64,000 nt of DNA. Source: a virus. Numbering within the stretch: the first letter of the stretch is position 1; every line of letters starts with the position of its first letter. The stretch covers positions 1-64,000 of the IMG/VR virus record IMGVR_UViG_3300047160_005727. One strand, written 5' to 3'. The position numbers and the translations under genes are program-made. Under the pieces are notes generated by a model. The model had not been told where the DNA came from. It saw nothing but the letters and a program-made list of their open reading frames with translations, and made no database searches. Positions 44,498 through 54,021 of the stretch are shown one piece after another.

Positions 44498-45671
44498 TCA
44501 GGATCCGGCAGGCGCTGCCGACTTCCTGGCACGCACGGCTGTGGCCAGCCGTGTCGTGGGTGGGTTCGTCAAGACAGCGCAGGGGCCGGCGCCACCGCCA
44601 CCACCGGCAGCAGGCGGATCATCTCCTTGGACGAACGCGCTGACCAACGCTGCCATCGGTGCCGGCGTCGGTGGACTGGGCGGGCTCGGGATGGGCCTGT
44701 TCTCGAAGCGTCGGAAGAACCCGATGACATCGGCACTTACTGGGGCTCTTCTGGGTGGTACTCTTGGCGCTGCTGTTCCTGCGGCGTATGAAGGGCTCAA
44801 GGGTCTGAGCGCGCCGGCCTACAACAGCGGTAATGCAGCCCTGGATGCCCGGCGAGCTGCGGCCTTCGATGCGGCACCAGGCTACATGAAGGCTATCTAC
44901 AAGATCACTGGTGGTGCCCCGGAGATCGACTCCGGAGCGCCACTTCCAGAGCAGCAAACGCAGCTTCAGCGGACTCAGGCTAACACTGGCTGGAGCGATA
45001 TTGCGAAGCAAACTGCCAAAGAAACCCTCGGCGGGGCAACCGGTGCTGCCAAGGGTTATGCTGCGGACAACCCGGCCACGGCCGCGTATCATGGTGCCGT
45101 CGGGACGGCCCAGGGCTTGTATGCTGCCAGGACGGCTGCGGCAAAGAGGTGGCAGCAGGTGCAAGCTGGTGTTCAGGGTACCAAGATCGATATGGGCACA
45201 CCTCCTGGTCCGAGAGGGAGTAAAGGCGCGGGCGGAAAAGCGCCGGCTGATCCGGGGCTTGCACGGCTCAAAGCGTACGTGGATACAGCCTCGCCTGATG
45301 TTGGTCGCGTACCTGGGACTAACCTGCGCATGTCAGGATGGAACCCATTCCGCAGATGGAACGAAGCCAACCTCGGCCGTGAACTGGGAAGAGTTCAGGC
45401 TGGTGCCACCATGACAGGCCCACGTTTCGGACCTATTGCCGGTAACGCCGCCACAGGCCAGGTCAAACTTCCTGGAATGGGAGCGTCAGCCGTCAACGCG
45501 ATGCAGCAGGCCGGCAGGGACGCGATAGCTGCGAGGGCTGGAAAGGGAATGATCGGTAAGGGTATGCGTGGCGGTGGCAAGGTGATAGGTACGACACTAA
45601 TGTATGCTGCACCACATGCCCTGCCTTGGGCGTACAACACGGTAAAAGACTGGTGGAACGGGGCCCAGTAA
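44466..45671 (+). CDS. Glycine-zipper virion-internal protein
   Basis: AIGAGVGGLGGLGMGL...ALTGALLGGTLG follows FVKTAQ. Confidence 0.72.
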   Translation: MDRHQPAFWLSQDPAGAADFLARTAVASRVVGGFVKTAQGPAPPPPPAAGGSSPWTNALTNAAIGAGVGGLGGLGMGLFSKRRKNPMTSALTGALLGGTLGAAVPAAYEGLKGLSAPAYNSGNAALDARRAAAFDAAPGYMKAIYKITGGAPEIDSGAPLPEQQTQLQRTQANTGWSDIAKQTAKETLGGATGAAKGYAADNPATAAYHGAVGTAQGLYAARTAAAKRWQQVQAGVQGTKIDMGTPPGPRGSKGAGGKAPADPGLARLKAYVDTASPDVGRVPGTNLRMSGWNPFRRWNEANLGRELGRVQAGATMTGPRFGPIAGNAATGQVKLPGMGASAVNAMQQAGRDAIAARAGKGMIGKGMRGGGKVIGTTLMYAAPHALPWAYNTVKDWWNGAQ

Positions 45672-45672
45672 C

Positions 45673-47172
45673 ATGATGCTCAAGTGCTCCGGCATCAATG
45701 CCTACAACTTCGGTGAGCCGACCATGACCCTGGTCAGGCTGCGCCGCGACGGACGGCTGGGGCCAAATGATCGTTCAGTGCTCGTGAAGCGTGCCGGTGT
45801 TGAGTTCGTCGATCGGCTGCGGCATATCAAGCTAGCCGAGGATGAAGTGCCGGTGCACATCATCGGTCTGGGTGCCACCGAGGACTACGGTCCGAACCGC
45901 AACGGCGACGGCTTTGATCGCGATGAGTGCCGCAAGCATCACGGGACGTTCCAGAAGTTCGGTCGGTTTTACCGCAACCACATCAACAAAGATCCCGACA
46001 AGAGCTACGGCCGTTTTCTGGACACGGCTTTTAACGAGCCCATGAAGCGGATCGAGCTGCTGGCCGGTCTGAATGGCAGCGAGAAAGCTGCCAAGGCCAA
46101 CGGCGGTCTGGTGGCCGACAAGGAGATGGAGCTGTTGGAAGCCGGTAAAGATATCCCGACTTCCATGGCCTGCAAGGTAGCTCACGACATTTGCTCGGGC
46201 TGCGGCAACAAGGCCCGCACCCGCCAGGAATACTGCGACGGCGCTCTGTGCAAGTACGGCGGGCTCAAGGACAACATCGGTCGGACGTTCGATGACGGTC
46301 ATGTGCTTCATGCCAGGAACCCGAACCCGGTTTGGTTCGACGACTCACACGTCCACAAACCGGCTGACCGGATCGCCTGGAGCCTGGGTCGCCTGGAGAA
46401 GTCCGCTTCGACAGGTGGCCGGGTTATCGGCTTGGGCGGCGCTGCCCTCGCCGATGAGATCGGTCTGACGATGCCCCTCGAACTGATGGTCGACCCGTTC
46501 ATGCCGAGCTGGGTCGCGCAGCACGTCAAGACAGCCCAGCTGCTGGCTGATGCCGAGAAGCGGGTTGAAGGCGAAGGCCCGACCAATAGCGATCGTGCCT
46601 TCGACTATGAAGTGCAGGGGCCGGTCCGGGACTTTCCGGATGACCTGCATACCAGGAACCGGCTCGAACACATGCTTGGTGCCCTGGCAAACGAGAAAGT
46701 TGCATTGCCGCTGCGAGACTTTCTGGTATTAGTAGCTGGTGATGAGAAGCAGGCCAGTGATGCTTACGCAGATGTTGCCGCACAACTGCCGGGCATCTAT
46801 GGTAGACTAACCCGGAGCCCGACCCTGGATACCCAGGTGCGGGACAGCATCTATGTTTTCAACGGCCATGCGGCCCATCCGCCGCTGGCCATGCAGACCT
46901 GGGCGTCCAAGCTAGCCATGACCCACGGGCTACAACAGAAGCATGTTCAGGACCGTGTGCACACGCACGCGATCCGCAGTTTGCCCGTTCCGCGGCATCG
47001 CGGCCAGGGCGAGGAAATGCTCAAGCAGGCGTCCGATATGGGCGGTGCTGAGCGGCTTGCGAGGCAGTATGCTCTCTACAAACTTGCACTGGCGTCGGCG
47101 CTCCGGGCGACCGACGAACGTACTTTCCCCTTGACATCCACTTTACTGGTGCGCCAGAACTACGTAAGCTGA
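45673..47172 (+). CDS. Probable prohead (maturation) protease with Zn-binding insert and C-terminal extension
   Basis: NRNGDGF, FYRNH (candidate His), PTSMAC (candidate Ser), then CSGC...C..C. Lies upstream of the scaffold-like and capsid genes. Confidence 0.65.
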   Translation: MMLKCSGINAYNFGEPTMTLVRLRRDGRLGPNDRSVLVKRAGVEFVDRLRHIKLAEDEVPVHIIGLGATEDYGPNRNGDGFDRDECRKHHGTFQKFGRFYRNHINKDPDKSYGRFLDTAFNEPMKRIELLAGLNGSEKAAKANGGLVADKEMELLEAGKDIPTSMACKVAHDICSGCGNKARTRQEYCDGALCKYGGLKDNIGRTFDDGHVLHARNPNPVWFDDSHVHKPADRIAWSLGRLEKSASTGGRVIGLGGAALADEIGLTMPLELMVDPFMPSWVAQHVKTAQLLADAEKRVEGEGPTNSDRAFDYEVQGPVRDFPDDLHTRNRLEHMLGALANEKVALPLRDFLVLVAGDEKQASDAYADVAAQLPGIYGRLTRSPTLDTQVRDSIYVFNGHAAHPPLAMQTWASKLAMTHGLQQKHVQDRVHTHAIRSLPVPRHRGQGEEMLKQASDMGGAERLARQYALYKLALASALRATDERTFPLTSTLLVRQNYVS

Positions 47173-47224
47173 GTCTTTGCACTCGGGCACGGCTGCTGCA
47201 TCGGTCAAAGGAGTGACCCCACTC

Positions 47225-48520
47225 ATGTCAACTCTGAAAACTTCGCGAAACGCGGTCTTCTCCAGCCTTCGCTCGTTCTTCGACGAGATCGATGGCGAGA
47301 AACAGGCTGCTGAGAAGCAGGGTGCCCCACTGAGCGAGCCAGGCTCGCGTGGCGGCGAAACGACCCATCCGTCCAAGAACGTCGACGACGGGCTCATCCC
47401 TCTTCAAGAGGGCGCCCGGTTCAAGGAGAACACGTCGGACGTCAAGGAAGAGATCGGCGCGGCGTCGGTCGAGAACGCCAAGGACCCCGGCGGTCAGATG
47501 CAACACGAGTTGCAAGTCGGCGTCCGGCACGCTCCGACCGGCGAAGACCCATCCGTTGAGGATGACTTCAAGGGGAACAAGGAAGATCCCGGCACGTCGT
47601 CGGTCATGAAAGCCGATGACGGCGAGAAGTATGGTGAGTGGGACTTCAAGAAACTTGCCGCCGCGATCGGCAACCTCGGCAACGAGATCATGGCCGACCT
47701 GGGGCACGGCAAGCTCGTCGAGAAGCAGGCGACCCCGGCTGGCAATGGCACGGTTCACAGCCGTGGTCAGACGTTCAAGGTCAACAACCCGCCGCCGGCT
47801 CAACCCACTGAGCCGCCCGCCGAGGTTGACGAAGAGACCAAGCAGGCCGCTGCCGCCGGCTACAAGCTGGCTGCCGCGATGGGACTGGACGGCGACGGCG
47901 CTGACGCCCAGGTCTCCCTGATGGTCGAGACCATCATCAAGGAAGCCCAGGCTCAGGCAGACGGGCTGGCGCAGTTCATCGACGCCTATGCGCGTACCGT
48001 CAAGCAGGCTGCCGATCCAGCAGCTACCGAAGCCGAAGATCACATGGCACCGGGCGGACCTCCTCCACCCGGTGCCGACCCGTCCGCTGGCGGCGATGGC
48101 GCTGGCGGTCCGCCGCCTGATGGCGGCGGCCAGGATCCGATGGAGATCCTGTCGCAACTGCCGCCGGAAGTGCTCCAGCAGCTCGTTGCTGCCGTTCAGC
48201 AAGGTGGGCTTGTTCCGGGTGGTGGCGGCGGTCCAGGCGGCCCTCCGGGCGGTCCTGGAGGCGGTCCGCCCGATACAGGCGGTGATCCAACCGAGAACCT
48301 GAGCGGTGCCATGCACGAGATGGGCGTCTCGCCCGACGAGCTGGCAGCAGCCGCTCCCAAGGTTGCCGCCGATCAGCGTGAGACCTTGTTGAAGATCGCT
48401 AACACGGTCAAGACCAAGCGGCGTTCGGGCCAGCTGGGCTACAAGGTAGCCTCGACCCCTTACGACCAACAGGTCAGGGCTGAAATGCGGCAGTACCTCG
48501 CCGAGGTCATCGGCGCCTGA
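47225..48520 (+). CDS. Probable scaffolding protein
   Basis: Acidic and low complexity, with about 10 K-x-A motifs; between protease and capsid genes; AAAGGAG RBS. Confidence 0.65.
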   Translation: MSTLKTSRNAVFSSLRSFFDEIDGEKQAAEKQGAPLSEPGSRGGETTHPSKNVDDGLIPLQEGARFKENTSDVKEEIGAASVENAKDPGGQMQHELQVGVRHAPTGEDPSVEDDFKGNKEDPGTSSVMKADDGEKYGEWDFKKLAAAIGNLGNEIMADLGHGKLVEKQATPAGNGTVHSRGQTFKVNNPPPAQPTEPPAEVDEETKQAAAAGYKLAAAMGLDGDGADAQVSLMVETIIKEAQAQADGLAQFIDAYARTVKQAADPAATEAEDHMAPGGPPPPGADPSAGGDGAGGPPPDGGGQDPMEILSQLPPEVLQQLVAAVQQGGLVPGGGGGPGGPPGGPGGGPPDTGGDPTENLSGAMHEMGVSPDELAAAAPKVAADQRETLLKIANTVKTKRRSGQLGYKVASTPYDQQVRAEMRQYLAEVIGA

Positions 48521-48536
48521 TCACGGAGGAGAATTT

Positions 48537-48962
48537 ATGGCTGCGGCCCGTACCCGACCCAGGACTGTTCCCGAGAAGGTTCTCGAGTTCGTCGACATGT
48601 CCGCCGCAATGGCGGAGAAGGCGGCCGGGGTTCTCTCGAAGCAGGAACAAATGGAAAAGCAGGCTGCCGATCTGATCCCCACGGCCGTCGACGAGCTACT
48701 CAAAGCCAAGCTCATCGAGCCCGAGGAGAAGCAGGCGGCACTCGACGCACTCAAGGATCCGGTGCGAACGCTCCAGATCCTGATCAAGACCGCGCGTGCC
48801 AAGCACGACGACAACTCATTCACGCTCGGTCGACCGGACACCAACGGTCATGCCGAGAAGCGAGCCAACGCCGGGCCAGGCCCCTATGCCGGGCGTCGTT
48901 ACGGTGAGGCCGAGGAGCCCGAGAGCTTTCGCGTGTTCCGCAACAGGCTCATGGGTAACTAA
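48537..48962 (+). CDS. Small helical head-assembly protein
   Basis: EKQAA x2, IKTA, EKRA. Confidence 0.72.
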   Translation: MAAARTRPRTVPEKVLEFVDMSAAMAEKAAGVLSKQEQMEKQAADLIPTAVDELLKAKLIEPEEKQAALDALKDPVRTLQILIKTARAKHDDNSFTLGRPDTNGHAEKRANAGPGPYAGRRYGEAEEPESFRVFRNRLMGN

Positions 48963-49007
48963 GGGGACGGATACCGAAGAACCTTCAAGGAGGTAAAAGG
49001 AACTCAC

Positions 49008-49646
49008 ATGTCGACCTACACTGGCCCAACCCTGATGTTCCAGCACTGCCTTGATGAACTCAAGGGGTGGCCCGATGAGTCTGCGCTCGACTTCGACGCG
49101 TACCTGTCGACCAACGTGACAGTCGACCCGGTTTACGGCGGTAGCTGCGTCCACGTCAACCAGTCCGGTCAGTTCGAGCTAGGTGTCGGCGCTGGTCCTG
49201 GCGACATGGGGATCTTCCTGCTTCAGGGATCCCATGAGCTTGACGTGGCCAACCCTGGCGGCAACAACTGGACGCCCATCGCACCGGCCGGACCCAACGG
49301 CAACCCGATCGGCAAGATGTCAGGACTGGTCGCCACCGGCGCCTACGAGCTGGAGACGACCGAGTTCGACCCGACGACCACCATCTTCGGTGGCGCCAAT
49401 GTCCATCCCAACATCGTCCCTGGTCAGATGCTGACTGCACCGACCGAGGCCGCGATCACCACCGGCACTGACAAGAGCATGGCCGGCAAGCTCTTCGCTT
49501 TCGCCAACTGGCCGGGCGGTGCCGGAGATGCGGTGATCGCCAAGAACTATCCGGTTTGTGCAGTGTGCAGCCGGGTAACTCACTGGAACCATCACCGCGT
49601 GCCGGTCACGTCGTTCTGGCCGGTTTATCTGCCCAAGCAGTCCTGA
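49008..49646 (+). CDS. Probable capsid decoration/cement protein
   Basis: Beta-rich, Gly-rich 212-aa ORF immediately upstream of the major capsid gene. Confidence 0.6.
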   Translation: MSTYTGPTLMFQHCLDELKGWPDESALDFDAYLSTNVTVDPVYGGSCVHVNQSGQFELGVGAGPGDMGIFLLQGSHELDVANPGGNNWTPIAPAGPNGNPIGKMSGLVATGAYELETTEFDPTTTIFGGANVHPNIVPGQMLTAPTEAAITTGTDKSMAGKLFAFANWPGGAGDAVIAKNYPVCAVCSRVTHWNHHRVPVTSFWPVYLPKQS

Positions 49647-49700
49647 GTCCATCGTTACTGTTCGCTATGGAAACCATCCCCTTCACGGAGGAGACCTAAA

Positions 49701-50645
49701 GTGGCAGCCGGCAACGCCGTCATGACCAGGTCAGAAGTGCAGCTCATGAACGAGACGCTCTTCTCGCACCTGACGAACCCCGGGATGATCAAGACCGCCA
49801 TCGACGCAGTGAACGACTTCACTCGCATAAAGATGCGTGAAGATGGGTTCGCTCGTCGTGTCATGCCCCCACTCCAGATCGCCAACGACGAGCTGGATCG
49901 CCAGGTCGACACCGACAAGCCCGTCAAGGTGGTCGACAAAGAGCCCGACAGCCCGGCCGCGATCTCGATCCCGTTCGCGACGCTGCCGACCAACGTCTAC
50001 ATCCGAGGCCCGCGTTACCGCGTTGCGTTCGACCGCATCGTGACCCCGCGGTTCACCAAGGACGTCGACGAACTCCGTACCTGGATCATGGATATCCGGC
50101 AGGTTTTGTCGGACAATGCCATCAAGGACATGCTAGCGGAGGAGGACTCTAAACTCATAGGAGCAACCAACTTAGCGTTGGTCGCCCATGACACGCCGGT
50201 GCCTTGGTCGCAGATGCCACAGTGGGTCACGATCCATGGCGGCATCACTCGTGACTCCGTCCTCGACTCGCTGAAGATCATGCCGAGCACGGACGCGAGA
50301 CTTGAAGTCGCCACGGTGTTGATCAACAACGTGACGATCAAGGAAGTCATGAAGTGGGGCCGTGACGAGATGGGCGGTGACTTCAGCCAGGACGTTCTCC
50401 GGAACGGCTGGTCGGAAACCGACTTCCTCGACAAGCGCTGGATCATCACGATCAAGCACGACTTGGTTCCAAATGACAGCATATTCATGTATGCTGATCC
50501 GAAGTTCATAGGCAAAATGTATATTCTCGAAGATACTACAATGTATATCAAGAGAGAAGCATATTTGCTTGAGTTCTTCGCCTACGAAACACTGGGCGGA
50601 ACCATCGGCCACACCGGCGGGTTGGCTCGGGCAGACTTCGCCTGA
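49701..50645 (+). CDS. Major capsid protein (HK97 fold, compact)
   Basis: 314 aa; REDGFARRVMPP...FDRIVTPRF...DIRQV.....KDM..EED...; IKTA near the N-terminus; strong RBS; head-module synteny. Confidence 0.8.
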   Translation: MAAGNAVMTRSEVQLMNETLFSHLTNPGMIKTAIDAVNDFTRIKMREDGFARRVMPPLQIANDELDRQVDTDKPVKVVDKEPDSPAAISIPFATLPTNVYIRGPRYRVAFDRIVTPRFTKDVDELRTWIMDIRQVLSDNAIKDMLAEEDSKLIGATNLALVAHDTPVPWSQMPQWVTIHGGITRDSVLDSLKIMPSTDARLEVATVLINNVTIKEVMKWGRDEMGGDFSQDVLRNGWSETDFLDKRWIITIKHDLVPNDSIFMYADPKFIGKMYILEDTTMYIKREAYLLEFFAYETLGGTIGHTGGLARADFA

Positions 50646-50705
50646 GCATCTTTTGATCTGTTTACGGTTACTTCACGCGGAACTTGATCTACCAGGGAGG
50701 GCAAC

Positions 50706-51125
50706 ATGGCCGAGGGGCAGAACCAGGACCAAGCACAGGTTCCGGTGCCGAGGCCCGACGCGGCGTACGACTTCTTGTACAGCCAGATCCACGCCCCGGT
50801 ATTCTTCAACAAGCTCGCCCAGGACTACGGCATCGTTCCGCAGAACGATACCGAGGCCATTCAGCTCCTGGATATGGCCGCTGATCTGTTTGCAGCCGGC
50901 CAGCAAGAGCAGCAGAAACAGGCCAGTGCTCAGGGCACCTTCATCAACCAGGCCCACCAGAGCCTCCAGATGCTTCTGGGCAAGACGGGTGGTGCCCGAG
51001 ACGTCAATGCTCCGGCCAACGACCGTCTGGTCAAGCAAGCGGCGGCTGAGCTGACCAGGAACCCTTACGTCCGGGCCGCCGCCCTGTCGTATCAGTTGCA
51101 CCTGGCTCAACAACAGCAAGGATGA
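50706..51125 (+). CDS. Head-associated hypothetical protein
   Basis: FFNKLAQ, QKQAS, VKQAA; GGAGG RBS. Confidence 0.75.
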   Translation: MAEGQNQDQAQVPVPRPDAAYDFLYSQIHAPVFFNKLAQDYGIVPQNDTEAIQLLDMAADLFAAGQQEQQKQASAQGTFINQAHQSLQMLLGKTGGARDVNAPANDRLVKQAAAELTRNPYVRAAALSYQLHLAQQQQG

Positions 51126-51154
51126 GCCGGGCTCAAGGATAAGGAGATATCGCC

Positions 51155-51580
51155 ATGCCTACCGCTGAACCACGAGCTGGTATTAGCCCGACGCCTGTGG
51201 CGTACAGCCTCTACTCGACCGTCTTGAACTCGAGTGGGGTTGAAGCGGTCTTCAGCTTCATTCCACCCCACGGCAGGCGGATGGCTGCCAGTGAGCAACT
51301 GACGGTGGCTGGTAACATCATCGACCGGCTTGCCGTCAAGACCTCGAACCGTCAGTTCAAGGCGTTTGAGGCTGCTATCAGCAGCGGTGTGCTGACTCTT
51401 GTCTCGACACCTGGTGTGTTCGTGTATAACGGCACCAAGCCCCAGGTCATCTCTGGCGGCACCGGCTCGCTCGGCATGGTCGATCCGATCTTCTTCGTGC
51501 CAGGCAGCAACCCGCCTGTGACGCCTATGGTTGATGAAGAGGAAGAAGCTAAGGCCGAGAAGTCAACTGCGCGCAAGTAG
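51155..51580 (+). CDS. Hypothetical structural protein
   Basis: AAGGAG RBS; 141 aa. Confidence 0.72.
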   Translation: MPTAEPRAGISPTPVAYSLYSTVLNSSGVEAVFSFIPPHGRRMAASEQLTVAGNIIDRLAVKTSNRQFKAFEAAISSGVLTLVSTPGVFVYNGTKPQVISGGTGSLGMVDPIFFVPGSNPPVTPMVDEEEEAKAEKSTARK

Positions 51581-51626
51581 CACACCGGGATGAGGGACTG
51601 CCGCGGTTCGCCGCGGAGCACGCAGG

Positions 51627-52895
51627 ATGCATATCACCGTCATCACGCCCACGCACGAAGTGACCTGGTTGGGCGATGCGTGGGCGAGTCTGCGATCGCA
51701 GACCTATGATGACTGGGACTGGCTGATCCTGCCCAACGGTGGCGCCAGGGTTACCTCGGACATCAGTTCAGACCGCCGCGTTGGCGTACTGCCCGAGGAC
51801 TGGACTACGACCGGAAACGTCGGGGCCTTGAAGCGGCAGCTCTGCAACCACGCTGCCGGCCCTGTGATCGTCGAGCTGGATCATGACGACATCCTGACGC
51901 CTGACTGCCTGGCCGAGGTTGCAGCGGTCATTGGCGACCCCGAGGAGCCATCGTTCGTCTACTCGGACTTCGTCCAGTTCTGGCCTGATCACAACAGCCA
52001 TGTCTTCAGCGCTGACTGGGGCTGGGAAACCTACCCGTTCGAGTTCGGTGGTCGGAGCTACACGGCAACGCGGGCATTCGATGCAACAGCCGCCAGCCTG
52101 CGCCAGATCTATTTTGCACCCAACCATGTGCGTGCCTGGACCAAGGCGGCTTACGGGCTCGTCGGCGGCCATGACCCGGAGCTGCCTGTCTGCGACGACC
52201 ACGACCTAGTTTGCCGGCTCTATCTGGCTCAGGTGCCGTTCCATCACATTCCCAAGGTACTTTACCTGTACCGGGAGCGAGCCCACGCCGTGCCCTCGCA
52301 GAACAGCTACCGCAGCTTCCAAGGCGATGGCACACTCGAGAAGGTGCACCATCGCAACCAGAACCGGTATACCTGGCGGCTGGCTCACGAATGGTGCCGC
52401 CGGGCCGGCCTGTCGATGTACGATCTGGGCGGCCGCATCGACTGCCCCGAAGGCTACAAGTCAGTCGACCGCTTCGATGCCGATGTCTGCTGCGACGTGA
52501 CCGAGGGGTTGCCGTTCGAGGACAACTCGGTGGGCATCTTCCGGGCGGCTGACTTCCTGGAGCACATTCCCAGGGAGCACGTCATTCCGTTCATGAACGA
52601 CATGTGGCGATGCCTGGCGCCTGGTGGCTGGGTCATCAGCCGTACACCCTCTACGGGCGGCAAGGGAGCCTTCTGCGACCCGACTCACGCTTCGTTCTGG
52701 AACGATCTGTCCTTCCGTTATTACTGCGATCGTCGATACGCTGCGTATGTGCCGGAGATCAAGTGCCGCTTCCAGGCGGTGCGGGTCTGGGAGTGCTATC
52801 CTAACAACTGGCACAAGAAGCAAGAGCTGAAGTACGTGTATGCCGACTTGATGGCCTTGAAAGGTCAGCGACACCCAGGCTTGCAGCTGATCTAG
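51627..52895 (+). CDS. GT2 glycosyltransferase fused to a class I SAM methyltransferase-like domain
   Basis: ITVITPT...SLRSQTY, ELDHDDIL (DxD), CDDHDL; then DLGG, GLPFEDNSV, DFLEHI, WRCLAPGG, DPTH. Confidence 0.88.
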   Translation: MHITVITPTHEVTWLGDAWASLRSQTYDDWDWLILPNGGARVTSDISSDRRVGVLPEDWTTTGNVGALKRQLCNHAAGPVIVELDHDDILTPDCLAEVAAVIGDPEEPSFVYSDFVQFWPDHNSHVFSADWGWETYPFEFGGRSYTATRAFDATAASLRQIYFAPNHVRAWTKAAYGLVGGHDPELPVCDDHDLVCRLYLAQVPFHHIPKVLYLYRERAHAVPSQNSYRSFQGDGTLEKVHHRNQNRYTWRLAHEWCRRAGLSMYDLGGRIDCPEGYKSVDRFDADVCCDVTEGLPFEDNSVGIFRAADFLEHIPREHVIPFMNDMWRCLAPGGWVISRTPSTGGKGAFCDPTHASFWNDLSFRYYCDRRYAAYVPEIKCRFQAVRVWECYPNNWHKKQELKYVYADLMALKGQRHPGLQLI

Positions 52896-52909
52896 TCAAG
52901 CCGTAGAAT
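52881..52909 (+). promoter_or_regulatory. Sigma70-like promoter TTGCAG-N17-TAGAAT
   Basis: 17-bp spacing ahead of the 52970 gene. Confidence 0.5.
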
Positions 52910-52969
52910 TTGCGCCTGGGGCCCTGTCGTAGGCTCACACGGACGTCGTCCGAGGAAAGGGAGTTCCCA

Positions 52970-53524
52970 ATGGCAGCAACTGTCACGATCATGCGATGGA
53001 CCGGAGCCGCCGGTTCGCCGACCAAGACCGACATCATCAACACGCTCGCCGGGAATACCCGGGCCAACGCCATCGACCAGGCCACATCGGCCGATACAAC
53101 CTATCCCGTCCAGATCCCGACCTCGGGCACCAACTGTAGCTTCTGGGTATCCACCCGGTTGAGTTGCAGCGTCACGCCGGCCAACTTGATCAACAACCTG
53201 CGCTGGTTCTCGGATGGCGGCAACAACTTCGGCGGCGGCATCACTGCCATCGTCGGCAAGGCTGCGGCCTATACGCAGGCCACTGGCTCAAACGGTGTGT
53301 CCGGAAACCCGCTTACCACGGCTGCCTACGCCGGGCTCACATCGCCGGTAGATCCATTCACTACCTACCCGCCCGGAAGCCCATTTGCGCTGACCGGTTC
53401 GCTGAATAACCCGACTACCGGTGACTTCGGTGACTTCGTGGTATATCAGATAGTCGTCGCGACCAGCGCGTTGCCTGGAGCCACGACACAGGAAACGTGG
53501 ACGTGGAAATATGATGAGCAATAG
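52970..53524 (+). CDS. Virion structural protein (Thr-rich, ending in W.YDE)
   Basis: AAAGGGAG RBS; beta-rich. Confidence 0.7.
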   Translation: MAATVTIMRWTGAAGSPTKTDIINTLAGNTRANAIDQATSADTTYPVQIPTSGTNCSFWVSTRLSCSVTPANLINNLRWFSDGGNNFGGGITAIVGKAAAYTQATGSNGVSGNPLTTAAYAGLTSPVDPFTTYPPGSPFALTGSLNNPTTGDFGDFVVYQIVVATSALPGATTQETWTWKYDEQ

Positions 53525-53538
53525 GTAGGTAGTATTTT

Positions 53539-54021
53539 ATGGGTCGGATCGAATACATTGCGGGGCTGTTCGACGGCGAGGGGACATTTTCGATCCAGTT
53601 ACAGCTCGACGTCAGTAAGAAGGGGGTTCAGACTGTTCATTTCACCCCTCGGATGACGATGACTCTGCACTATGGGACTGAAGTTCTTGATGAGCTAGTT
53701 GGTGTTCTTGGTGGTACGATCTATCCTTACAAGAACGGAGCCCGTCGGTGGTCCCTGGGTAGACGAGATGAGGTGACCGCAGCTGCCAAGTTGCTTCTTC
53801 CGCATTTGAGGATCAAGCAGCGGATCGCCGAACAGTTTCTCGAAGCCCTTGCGATCTTCCCGACTGAGCGGGCCGACTTTCGTCGAGGCAAGCGGGCGTG
53901 GACGCTGGAAATGACGTTACGGGTAGCTAGGATAGCGCTGACACTCAACCCATACAAGAAGAGTCCAAAAGGCATTGAGTACTTGAAGGTGCTTGAGGCC
54001 GCATACAAAGGAGTAGCATGA
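53539..54021 (+). CDS. Free-standing single-motif LAGLIDADG homing endonuclease
   Basis: YIAGLFDGEGTF...LGGTIY...LLPHLRIK. Confidence 0.88.
   Translation: MGRIEYIAGLFDGEGTFSIQLQLDVSKKGVQTVHFTPRMTMTLHYGTEVLDELVGVLGGTIYPYKNGARRWSLGRRDEVTAAAKLLLPHLRIKQRIAEQFLEALAIFPTERADFRRGKRAWTLEMTLRVARIALTLNPYKKSPKGIEYLKVLEAAYKGVA

Noticed and set aside
47131-47160. Perfect TTGACA ahead of the scaffold-like gene
   Set aside because: No acceptable -10 hexamer at 16-18 bp spacing.
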